DNA of 14,001 nt from an uncultured Anaerolineae bacterium. GTDB lineage: Bacteria; Chloroflexota; Anaerolineae; JAYEMR01. The notes under the pieces were generated by a model. It saw only the letters and a program-made list of their open reading frames with translations. It did no database searches and was not told the DNA's origin. The position numbers and the translations under genes were made by a program. Numbering within the stretch: position 1 is the stretch's first letter; the number at the start of each line of letters is the position of its first letter. Positions 6,296 to 13,218 of this stretch are shown here, piece by piece. Location: assembly GCA_964425465.1 (NCBI GenBank), contig CAYRNM010000050.1:1-14001 (forward strand), given 5' to 3'.

Positions 6296-7042
6296 TCATA
6301 ACCCAGTTATGGTACCATCATCTGAGATCCAGTCACCGTCTGTCACCCTGTGGAAGGCCTCAGCGTAGTCCACGCCGATCTGCTTCCCTGCCTCGGCCGC
6401 CCAGCCCTTCACCCAGCGGGCAAACTCCTCCAGCCACGGTGGTTCGACATGGTTGCCCAGTTGCGTCTTGTGCTGCCGCAAAGCCTCGATCTTGAGGTCA
6501 ATAGTCTCCGTCACATCCACCCAGTAGTTGGGTTCCTGTGTGCCGAAGAGAACCATCTCCGACGGTTTGTAGGGCTCCAGCCCCTCGGCGATGTGCTGGG
6601 GGAAGTACCAGGGGCGGTCGGCCAGATAGCCGGCCTCCGTGGCTGCCCAACCGACCATGCGGTGGGCGGGATGGATCTGGTAGGGCCGCCAGGGATCGTG
6701 GGTGAAGATGATGTAGGGCCGATACTGGCGAATCAGGCGCATGATCTTCTCCACCAACTCTGAGGGACTGCCCCACTCGCCCGGCTTGCGCAGGTAACGC
6801 AGTCCGATGGCCTCCTTCACACCCAGCATCTCCATGGCCGCCCGTTGCTCCTGCTCGCGGATGTCCAGTAATTCGCCTGGGGTGGTAGCCAAGGTATGGA
6901 TACCACCTGCGCCCCCGGTGCAGATCACATACCAGATCTCATTCCCCTGCCGAGCCAACTTCGCTGCCGTAGCGGCCACTCCAAACTCCGCATCATCAGG
7001 GTGGGCAAAGAAAACGAACACCCTTTTGTCCGTTAGAACCAC
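6296..7042 (-). CDS. PIG-L / LmbE family deacetylase, paralog 2
   Basis: 248 aa with VFFAHPDDAEF. The HxDH motif reads HPAHR here, an Asp to Ala change relative to paralog 1. There are long colinear matches to paralog 1, for example AGYLAD.PWY.P.H..E.LEPYKP.E..LF......NYWVD...TI.LKIEAL..H. Confidence 0.85.
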   Translation of the reverse strand: MVLTDKRVFVFFAHPDDAEFGVAATAAKLARQGNEIWYVICTGGAGGIHTLATTPGELLDIREQEQRAAMEMLGVKEAIGLRYLRKPGEWGSPSELVEKIMRLIRQYRPYIIFTHDPWRPYQIHPAHRMVGWAATEAGYLADRPWYFPQHIAEGLEPYKPSEMVLFGTQEPNYWVDVTETIDLKIEALRQHKTQLGNHVEPPWLEEFARWVKGWAAEAGKQIGVDYAEAFHRVTDGDWISDDGTITGL

Positions 7043-7054
7043 CGATTGAACTCC

Positions 7055-8014
7055 CTACTCTTGGCTTGATTTGACCTTCTGATTGGCAAAAAGCTCCGCT
7101 GGCATGTCGCGAGGGATGATAATGGTGAGCGCCCGAGGCACGACCTCCAGCTCGATAGGGGTGGCAGCCATGGGGTCACCGTCCAGTTGGACTGGAAGGG
7201 GGACCGCCGTCTCGACCACGACCCGCCGGCCCCGATAGTAGGCCACCTCCGGGCCATTGAGATACTGACCGGTCAGGATGGCCGTAGCATGGCTAAGGGT
7301 CGAGGTCCAATCATGGCCTCTGAAGATGCACACATCGAACAGGCCATCGTCGAGCTGAGCCTGAGGAGTGAGGCGCAGCATCCCTCCGTAGAGTTGGACA
7401 TTACTGATCAGCACCAGGATCACCTGCTCCCGAAGGACATGGCCATCAATGGTGATGGTGGCTAGTGTCCCCTCAAACTCACGGGTCACCGCCGCCACGG
7501 CCACAGCGTAGGCCAGAGCGCCCCACCGTTTCTGAACTCGGGTGCGCGGCTCCATGAGCTCGGTCACCTTGGCGTCCAGCCCCACCCCGGCCCAGAGGAG
7601 GAAGTAGTGTTGGCCCGCACGCCCCACATCCACCTGACGGCGCTGCCCCTCCACCAACGCTATGGCTGCCTCTTCCAGGAAGTGGCGGTGGATGATCCCC
7701 CACAGGGGCAACCCCATCTCCCGAGCCCAGACATTGCCCGTTCCAATGGGCAGTACCCCCAGCGCTACCTCTGTCCCTGCCAGACCATTCACCACCTCGC
7801 TGATCGTGCCATCCCCACCGGCGGCCAGGGCCACGTCGTATCCCCTGGCCACCGCTTCGCGGGCAAAGGTCGTCGCATCACCAGGCCCCCACGTCTCCCG
7901 CCAGGTGACATCCCATCCCCGCTGGCCAAGGTAGCCGACGATTTCCAGGAGCTCTTTCCTCCAGTCACGCCAACCGGCAGCGGGATTGAAGATCAGCATG
8001 GCCCTCATATCCAC
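7055..8014 (-). CDS. Diacylglycerol-kinase catalytic-domain (DAGK_cat; YegS/BmrU/LCB5-like) family lipid kinase
   Basis: 319 aa with the AAGGDGT glycine-rich ATP loop, N-terminal IFNP..G start pattern and C-terminal beta-sandwich region. Start is GTG at 8014 or ATG at 8008. Gaps of 12 bp and 26 bp separate it from the neighbouring genes. Confidence 0.8.
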   Translation of the reverse strand: MDMRAMLIFNPAAGWRDWRKELLEIVGYLGQRGWDVTWRETWGPGDATTFAREAVARGYDVALAAGGDGTISEVVNGLAGTEVALGVLPIGTGNVWAREMGLPLWGIIHRHFLEEAAIALVEGQRRQVDVGRAGQHYFLLWAGVGLDAKVTELMEPRTRVQKRWGALAYAVAVAAVTREFEGTLATITIDGHVLREQVILVLISNVQLYGGMLRLTPQAQLDDGLFDVCIFRGHDWTSTLSHATAILTGQYLNGPEVAYYRGRRVVVETAVPLPVQLDGDPMAATPIELEVVPRALTIIIPRDMPAELFANQKVKSSQE

Positions 8015-8040
8015 ATCCCCCGTCGGCTCTTTGATGGGTA

Positions 8041-9189
8041 TTATAGGGGCAATTCGTAGATGCGATAGGTCTTGTAGGGTTGGCCTCCCAAGCGGCGGGC
8101 GAGGCGGTTCATCATGGTATTGTCCTCCAGGACGAGCGACCCCTCACAATGAGTATATCCCTTAGCCAGCGACGCATTCCCCGACTCCATGAACAGGGCG
8201 GCCTCGATACCCTGGCCGCGATACTCCTCTATGACACCCATGATGAGCCCTCGCCAAGTGGTGATCCGTCTTCTGTAGCGCAGGAACTTCAGCAGCGTCC
8301 AGGGCACACTCCGGCGGGAGGGACCGGGGTGGGCCTTGAGCAGGGCCTGGTTCACATCCGGCAATCCCACCGACACGCCCACTGGCCGATCCCCATCCTC
8401 AGCCAGGAAGAGCAGATCGGGGTCTAGGATGGACTTGAGCCCCTGCGCCAGGTGCTCGAACTCCGCATCGGTCATGGGCACGAAGCCCCACAGCTTCACC
8501 CAGGCAGAGTTGTAGATGGCCTTGGCCCGCTGCACCTCATTGTCCCAGTCCCTCATGTTGACTTTGCGGACGCGGATCTTGCCCTTTTGCAGGGTGACCT
8601 CGGCCACTCGGACCAACTTGCGAGGCAGATTCCGGCTCAGGGAGGCGGCCTCGAAAAGATAGGCGTACAGGTCTCGCGCCTTTCCGAAGCCGAAGCGTTC
8701 GATGAACTCGGCGTAGTAGGGCGGGTTGTAGGTCATCATGACCACCGGCGGGGAGTCGAAGCCCTCAATGAGCAGCGCATACTCCGCATTGGTGGAGAGG
8801 TTCACCGGCCCCAGGATGGCGCTCATCCCCTGATCGCGCACCCAATCGCGGGCCGTGCTCAGCAGCGCCTCGGCTACAGCGTACTCCTCGATCACCTCGA
8901 AGAGTCCGAACCACCCCACCTGCACTTCCTGGAAAGCGTTGTAATTGTGGTCCACCGTGGCGGCGATAGTACCGATCACTTCCCCATCGGGACGCTCGGC
9001 CAGGAAAAAGGCGGCGTCGGTGTGCTCAAAGAAGGGATTCTTCTCAAGGTCAATGTAGGCCCGCCGTTCCGTCACCAGCGGGGGGACCCAGTTGGGATCA
9101 TCGCGGTAGATGGTCCAGGGAAACTTGACGAAGGCCCAGCGGTCACGGTCGTCCGCCACCTGGCGGATGCGAAATCGAGAATCGCTCAT
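8041..9189 (-). CDS. Two-domain GNAT superfamily N-acyltransferase (MshD-like architecture; C-terminal domain carries the acetyl-CoA loop)
   Basis: 382 aa. The C-terminal IMGVIEEYRGQGIEAALF matches the R/Q-x-x-G-x-G/A motif. The N-terminal ~200 aa form a second GNAT-like fold lacking the motif. SD AAGGAGG sits 5 nt upstream of ATG 9189. Confidence 0.6.
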   Translation of the reverse strand: MSDSRFRIRQVADDRDRWAFVKFPWTIYRDDPNWVPPLVTERRAYIDLEKNPFFEHTDAAFFLAERPDGEVIGTIAATVDHNYNAFQEVQVGWFGLFEVIEEYAVAEALLSTARDWVRDQGMSAILGPVNLSTNAEYALLIEGFDSPPVVMMTYNPPYYAEFIERFGFGKARDLYAYLFEAASLSRNLPRKLVRVAEVTLQKGKIRVRKVNMRDWDNEVQRAKAIYNSAWVKLWGFVPMTDAEFEHLAQGLKSILDPDLLFLAEDGDRPVGVSVGLPDVNQALLKAHPGPSRRSVPWTLLKFLRYRRRITTWRGLIMGVIEEYRGQGIEAALFMESGNASLAKGYTHCEGSLVLEDNTMMNRLARRLGGQPYKTYRIYELPL

Positions 9190-9212
9190 CGGTCCTCCTT
9201 ATCCCATAACTT

Positions 9213-9247
9213 ATGGTGGATTCGCTCCACGCCTCACACTTCACGCT
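9213..9247 (-). promoter_or_regulatory. Conserved 35-bp leader/operator element, copy B, 24-58 bp upstream of the GNAT-382 start; its last heptad overlaps the MFS stop codon
   Basis: Plus-strand atggtggattcgctccacgcCTcacActTcacgct is 31/35 identical to 5442-5476, with the same three 7-bp phased repeats (NCACGCY) and the same GTGGA-gcgaa-TCCAC palindrome. Confidence 0.4.
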
Positions 9248-10670
9248 ATCCCTGTCGCTCCTCTCGCACCCACAGCAGAACCACAGCCGAGATGAGGAAG
9301 CAGGCGCTGTAAATAACGAAGATGACCAGGTAGCCCAGGCTATCCACCCGCCGGTTGAAGAAGTCGGCCAGCGGGCCACCCAATCCTGCACCCACGATCC
9401 CCGCCCCGGCCCCGGCCAGATTGGAGATGCCCAGGTAGCGGCCGGCCTCCTCAGGCGGCACCAGGTCCGTCCCCAGAGCCCAGTTGGTGGTGAAGAAGAT
9501 GCCGGTAGCCACGCCAATGATGCAGCCGCTGATCAGGACCCAGGTCACGTCAGGAGAAAAAACGAGGAGCAGAGTCCCCAGGGTGGCTCCCAGCCCCGCC
9601 AGGGCCACCAGCCGTTTGCGGCCGATTCGGTCGGCCAGATAGCCGCTGGGCAGTGCGGCCAGCAGGGTGAAGAGGCCCACTACCATCATCAGATGGCCTG
9701 TGGTATGGGGGGCATTGGAGACCCGCAGCACGTCCTGCAGGAAGTAGAGGGCGAAGCTCTGCAGGGACCCCACCGCCGCCAGGAAGAGCAACCGGTTGGT
9801 CACCCACCAGGTGAAGGAGGGATAGCGGTGCGCCTCGGCACTGATGCTCACACTGGCCCACACGCCGGCGATGATAGCCGCCACCATGGCCATCAAGCCC
9901 CCGATCCCCACCCCCACTATCAGCGCCCTTTCCCGACCGGCAAAGGACAACAGTACCAGCCCACCGGCGCCGCCCACCAGGGCTCCGCAGAGTGCGCCGG
10001 CCAGGGCCCCGATGCCCATGCCCAGGAGCAGCCCCAAGATGCGCAGCATCAGAGGGACGAGGGGCTGCTCGGAGGGCTCCCGCAGCGGCTCCTCCCGCAC
10101 GAAAATCATGGTGAGGAGCATGGTCACCAGCAGCGATCCGCCCACCACAACGAAGGCAGCCATCATGTGCCCGCTCCCCACCAACTTGGCCACCGTGAAG
10201 GCGGTCAGCACCACGGGCAGGAGTTCCATCACCGCCTTGACCCCCGAGGCCCGCCCCCGCTGATCCTCGGGCACCAGATCGGGGATGAGCCCCTGGAGAG
10301 CACCATGGGCGATGTTGGAGGAGAACTGAAGCAACAGCATGGCCAGGAAGAGCAGCCAATAGTTGCCTGACAGCGCGACCAGGGTCAGAAAGAGCAGGTC
10401 CAGCATAGTGCCCAGGAAGATGTAAGGCCGCCGGCGTCCCCAGCGGAAGGTGCTTCGGTCGCTGAGCAACCCAGCTGCCGGCTGCACCAGAATGGCTACC
10501 ACCAGGCCTGCGGCGCGCAGCCCCCCATAGAAGGTGTTCTTCATCTCTGGGCCCACGAACTGCTGCACCAGCACGGGGAGGATGATGGGGGTCAGGCTGC
10601 CGGAGGCCATGTTGAGCCCCAGCCAGTAGATGTTCAGCCAGATGAAGTCGCCGATGCTCAGTCGTTGCAT
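9246..10670 (-). CDS. Major facilitator superfamily (MFS) transporter
   Basis: 474 aa, highly hydrophobic with ~12-14 predicted helices. Characteristic MFS loop motifs are present (GLLSDRSTFRWGRRRPY after TM2; LADRIGRKR after TM8). Start is ATG at 10670. Confidence 0.85.
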   Translation of the reverse strand: MQRLSIGDFIWLNIYWLGLNMASGSLTPIILPVLVQQFVGPEMKNTFYGGLRAAGLVVAILVQPAAGLLSDRSTFRWGRRRPYIFLGTMLDLLFLTLVALSGNYWLLFLAMLLLQFSSNIAHGALQGLIPDLVPEDQRGRASGVKAVMELLPVVLTAFTVAKLVGSGHMMAAFVVVGGSLLVTMLLTMIFVREEPLREPSEQPLVPLMLRILGLLLGMGIGALAGALCGALVGGAGGLVLLSFAGRERALIVGVGIGGLMAMVAAIIAGVWASVSISAEAHRYPSFTWWVTNRLLFLAAVGSLQSFALYFLQDVLRVSNAPHTTGHLMMVVGLFTLLAALPSGYLADRIGRKRLVALAGLGATLGTLLLVFSPDVTWVLISGCIIGVATGIFFTTNWALGTDLVPPEEAGRYLGISNLAGAGAGIVGAGLGGPLADFFNRRVDSLGYLVIFVIYSACFLISAVVLLWVREERQG

Positions 10671-10750
10671 GGAGGCCGCCTCTTGCTTGTTATGCCTTCA
10701 GTGCTTGCCAACCGAAGGCGGTTTTGGGCCATAAGTATACATCATAATCA

Positions 10751-10792
10751 AAGGGGGAACAAATCAAGAGGGTGGGCACGAAGGCCCACCCT
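10751..10792 (-). terminator. Putative intrinsic terminator for the TA operon (minus strand)
   Basis: On the minus strand: AGGGUGGGC-cuucgu-GCCCACCCU (9-bp perfect GC-rich stem, 6-nt loop; plus-strand 10769-10792) followed by CUUGAUUUGUUCCCCCUU. It lies 25 bp after the toxin stop codon. Confidence 0.4.
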
Positions 10793-10816
10793 TGATGCTG
10801 AACATCTTACGCTTTT

Positions 10817-11072
10817 TCACGGGTCTCCCCTGTAGACATCCCTGCGATGTTTGATCTTCATCACCGTTACTTCCCTGGCCTGGTTATCAGCCTCATACAC
10901 TACCTGGTAATCGCCAACACGAATCCTCCAGCCTATCCCGCCTCGCAGCTTCTTCACACCCGAAGGCCGGGGGTCTTCAGCCAGGCGGGAGATGGCCCTC
11001 TCAACACGATCACGAAAAAGGAATAGCCGCTAACTCCCGCTCAGCCGGCTGGAGCAGATACAGGTTGTACAT
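10817..11072 (-). pseudogene. RelE/ParE-family toxin gene interrupted by a single-base frameshift in an A5/T5 homopolymer (plus 11015-11019)
   Basis: Minus-strand frame B starting at ATG 11072 reads MYNLYLLQPAERELAAIPFS then a stop. A frame one nucleotide further continues (L)FRDRVERAISRLAEDPRPSGVKKLRGGIGWRIRVGDYQVVYEADNQAREVTVMKIKHRRDVYRGDP to the stop at 10817-10819. Removing one T from the T5 run fuses both parts into an ~84-aa protein with the RelE/ParE hallmarks (N-terminal MY..F...A..DL..LP; C-terminal G.YRIRVGDYR.IY.......V.I..IGHRKDVY). Confidence 0.7.
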
Positions 11073-11337
11073 GCAGAGTCTCTTCTCCTCGCTCCCGCTC
11101 AGCCAGATATTCTCCAAAAGGCCGACGCGGTTCGTTCTGGCGCTCGTAGATAGCCACCACGTCGCTCAAGTCCTCCAGCCGCTCCATCAGGGCCTCAAAA
11201 TGCTTATAACCCATCAGGACCGCAATGGGGTGACTGCGGTAAGTGATGTACTGGGGCTCAGGTTGCTCAGCCGCCGATTTGAGTATCTCCTCCATCCTCT
11301 CACGCAAGTCGGATGCGGATACGATCTTCGTAGCCAT
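11041..11337 (-). CDS. Phd/YefM-family antitoxin
   Basis: From ATG 11337 (SD GAGGAAGG 5 nt upstream): MATKIVSASDLRERMEEILKSAAEQPEPQYITYRSHPIAVLMGYKHFEALMERLEDLSD..., matching the Phd/YefM fold pattern (S..E.R.NL.E.L......P..IT.RG.P.AVL.S.E.YE.L.E.LE.L.D). The six-frame ORF extends 13 codons further upstream without an RBS. Its 3' end overlaps the toxin start by 32 nt. Confidence 0.7.
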   Translation of the reverse strand: MATKIVSASDLRERMEEILKSAAEQPEPQYITYRSHPIAVLMGYKHFEALMERLEDLSDVVAIYERQNEPRRPFGEYLAERERGEETLHVQPVSAPAG

Positions 11338-11381
11338 CAATCCTTCCTCAAACCTTAACTCAAGTTTCAACCGCACCTAAG

Positions 11382-11409
11382 ATGATACCACATCCCCCCA
11401 TCCTGTCAA
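11382..11409 (-). promoter_or_regulatory. Sigma70-type promoter of the TA operon: TTGACA-N16-TATCAT
   Basis: Minus strand gTTGACAggatggggggatgtggTATCATc: a perfect -35 (plus 11404-11409) and a 5/6 match at -10 (plus 11382-11387), about 45 nt upstream of the antitoxin ATG. Confidence 0.5.
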
Positions 11410-11422
11410 CTCACCCTCGCCT

Positions 11423-11848
11423 TCATAGCGCTGTGCGAATCTTACCGGCTATAGCCTCGAGTTCTGCCCTTGTGGGCCGGTGGCCGTACTCTGGCCCAAA
11501 CCTTAAACCAAACCCATCGTTTGTGTAGCGTGGAAACACATGGAGGTGGACATGGAACACCTCTTGGCCTGCGGCTGCACCATCGGCCAGAAAGAAGTTG
11601 ACCCCTTCGCATTGGAGCCCGCTGTTCCTTAACGCTTGGGCAATGCGTTGGGCTGTCCGAAACATGCGATCGCCCGAGGCTTCATCGAGTTCCGCCAGAG
11701 ACGGGGCATGGGTGGTGGGGATGACCAGCACATGCCCTGGATTCACAGGCTGAATATCCATGAAGGCCCAGCACAGGTCATCCCTGAAAACGATGCTGGC
11801 TGGGAGCTTCCCTGCTAAGATGGCACAGAATACGCAAGCACTCATCAC
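11423..11848 (-). CDS. HIT (histidine triad) family nucleotide hydrolase/transferase
   Basis: 141 aa with the histidine triad HVHLHVFPR and the N-terminal CVFC...I....A..V..DD...AF.DI.P...GH.LVIP. It starts 3 nt after the upstream gene's stop, indicating translational coupling. Confidence 0.85.
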   Translation of the reverse strand: MMSACVFCAILAGKLPASIVFRDDLCWAFMDIQPVNPGHVLVIPTTHAPSLAELDEASGDRMFRTAQRIAQALRNSGLQCEGVNFFLADGAAAGQEVFHVHLHVFPRYTNDGFGLRFGPEYGHRPTRAELEAIAGKIRTAL

Positions 11849-11851
11849 TTT

Positions 11852-12211
11852 TCAGCCAAACATCCGCATGTCCACCGGCTGATAGGGATGCGCCTTCACC
11901 ACCTCCATGTTCAGCTCGATCCCCAACCCCGGCTGGGTCGGCAGTTCGTAGTAGCCATCCATCAGAGTTTCGAGAGGCTCGGTCAGGAGCTCCTTCCGCC
12001 AGGGCGCACCCAGGTCCAGTGGGGTCTCCAGAAAGAGGAAGTGGGGCAGACAAGCGGCCAGGTGCAGGCAGGCGGCGGCGATGGTCTGCTCTTTGCCCTC
12101 CAGCGTGGCCTCGCCCAGGCCGGTGAGGCCCTCGTCGGTCTCGACCTGGACGAACCCCCAGTTGCGCCAGCCGCCAAAGGTCAGATAAGTTCTCACAGCG
12201 GCAATCTTCAT
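11852..12211 (-). pseudogene. Remnant of an enolase-superfamily (mandelate racemase/DgoD/ManD-like) dehydratase gene with a large in-frame internal deletion
   Basis: The 119-aa ORF joins a typical MR/MLE N-terminus (MKIAAVRTYLTFGGWRNWGFVQVETDEGLTGLGEATLEGKEQTIAAA) directly to a typical C-terminal tail (ETPLDLGAPWRKELLTEPLE...GYYELPTQPGLGIELNMEVVKAHPYQP). The ~250-280 aa capping-domain remainder and TIM-barrel core are missing. It retains a strong SD (GAGGAGG) and an ATGA overlap with the formamidase stop. Confidence 0.6.
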
Positions 12212-13191
12212 GGAAGGCCTCCTCGTATAAACCCCGGCAGGTAGGCCTTGGGAAACTTGGCCACGATGGTGTAACGAGGGTCAACCACGTTGCCCACTCG
12301 GGCCGTGCCCACCTGCGAGACCACCTGCATGGCCTCCCACAGGTCGAAGCCGTAGTCCGCCGCCAGCCAGCGGATCAGCTCCACGTGGGCGATGCGGTAG
12401 GCATCCATGAGGGGACGGGTTGAGGCCGCGACCATGATGTGGCTCCCATCCTCGATGCGTGGCCAGCGGATGGCCTTCTTCCGGATGAGGTCCACGGTCA
12501 CCTGCGCCCTGGCGGGTGTCTCCAGTCCCACGCCACAGGCCTCCCCATCCCCCTGGGCAGCGTGCACATCGCCGAACATGAGGCAGGCCCCCTCCACGAA
12601 GACGGGGAGGTAGACGGTAGCCCCTACCCCTGTGTCCACGCAGTCCATATTGCCCCCGTGCTCGCCGGGTGCAATGGAACTGATCACCTCACCGAAGCGC
12701 GGTGCGGTGCCGATGCAGCCAAAGAAGGGATGTAGGGGGATCTCAATCCGCTCCAGAGAGCTTTGAGGAAGCTCTAACCGCCCCACGTTGCGCTCCAGGT
12801 CCAGCTCCCAGATGAAACTCCGCTCCGGCAGCGGCTCGCTCAGCCCGGTGGGGCCGCAGGTCCGGTCCTCAGGGGCGAAGACACCGAACCCCGGCACGAA
12901 GCGCGACTCCGCCCAGGAGCGGTTGGGGGTGATCTCCTCGATGTGGACCACCAGCGTGTCGCCTATTCCGGCCCCCTCCACGTAGAAGGGCCCTGTCTGA
13001 GGGTTGGCGGCGTAGACTCTGGTCCCCGACGGCTGGTGCCTCATCTCCTCGGGGACCTCTTCGCCATCGGGCCCCCGGCTGCTGGAATCGAGGGTCTGAG
13101 TGACGATGGCATCGCCGGGCCTCACCCACAGCGCGGGTTCGTGGGGGCCGAAGGTGTAGTAGAACTTGGTGGGGGTGAATTCGTGACGCAT
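12208..13191 (-). CDS. Acetamidase/formamidase (FmdA_AmdA) family amidohydrolase
   Basis: From ATG 13191 (SD AAGGAG 7 nt upstream) it is 327 aa: MRHEFTPTKFYYTFGPHEPALWVRPGDAIVTQTLDS..., with family-like blocks (PGD.V...T.D; NP.TGP..VEGA..GD.L.V.I; HGGNMD...G.G....LPV.V.GA....GD.HA.QGDGE). The six-frame ORF's extra 33 N-terminal codons begin at a TTG (13290) and have no RBS. Confidence 0.8.
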   Translation of the reverse strand: MRHEFTPTKFYYTFGPHEPALWVRPGDAIVTQTLDSSSRGPDGEEVPEEMRHQPSGTRVYAANPQTGPFYVEGAGIGDTLVVHIEEITPNRSWAESRFVPGFGVFAPEDRTCGPTGLSEPLPERSFIWELDLERNVGRLELPQSSLERIEIPLHPFFGCIGTAPRFGEVISSIAPGEHGGNMDCVDTGVGATVYLPVFVEGACLMFGDVHAAQGDGEACGVGLETPARAQVTVDLIRKKAIRWPRIEDGSHIMVAASTRPLMDAYRIAHVELIRWLAADYGFDLWEAMQVVSQVGTARVGNVVDPRYTIVAKFPKAYLPGFIRGGLP

Positions 13192-13218
13192 GGCGAACTC
13201 CTTTGCATGACGTAGGGA

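Noticed and set aside
9213-10370. Long plus-strand ORF (385 aa, His/Gly/Gln/Pro-rich) antisense to the MFS gene. Similar long antisense ORFs occur at 4450-5442, 8452-9312, 2857-3498, 2336-2968, 962-1492 and 3913-4389.
   Set aside because: These are typical GC-rich antisense read-through frames. They have low-complexity composition, no RBS and no recognisable domains, whereas the opposite-strand genes have clear family motifs.
10671-10816. 47-codon plus-strand ORF in the MFS/TA spacer (MPSVLANRRRFWAIS...).
   Set aside because: It has no RBS, overlaps the terminator hairpin and promoter region, and has no recognisable features.
11338-11376. 13-codon N-terminal extension of the antitoxin ORF (MRLKLELRFEEGL).
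   Set aside because: The SD GAGGAAGG precedes the internal ATG at 11337, and the extension would overlap the promoter/5'UTR region.
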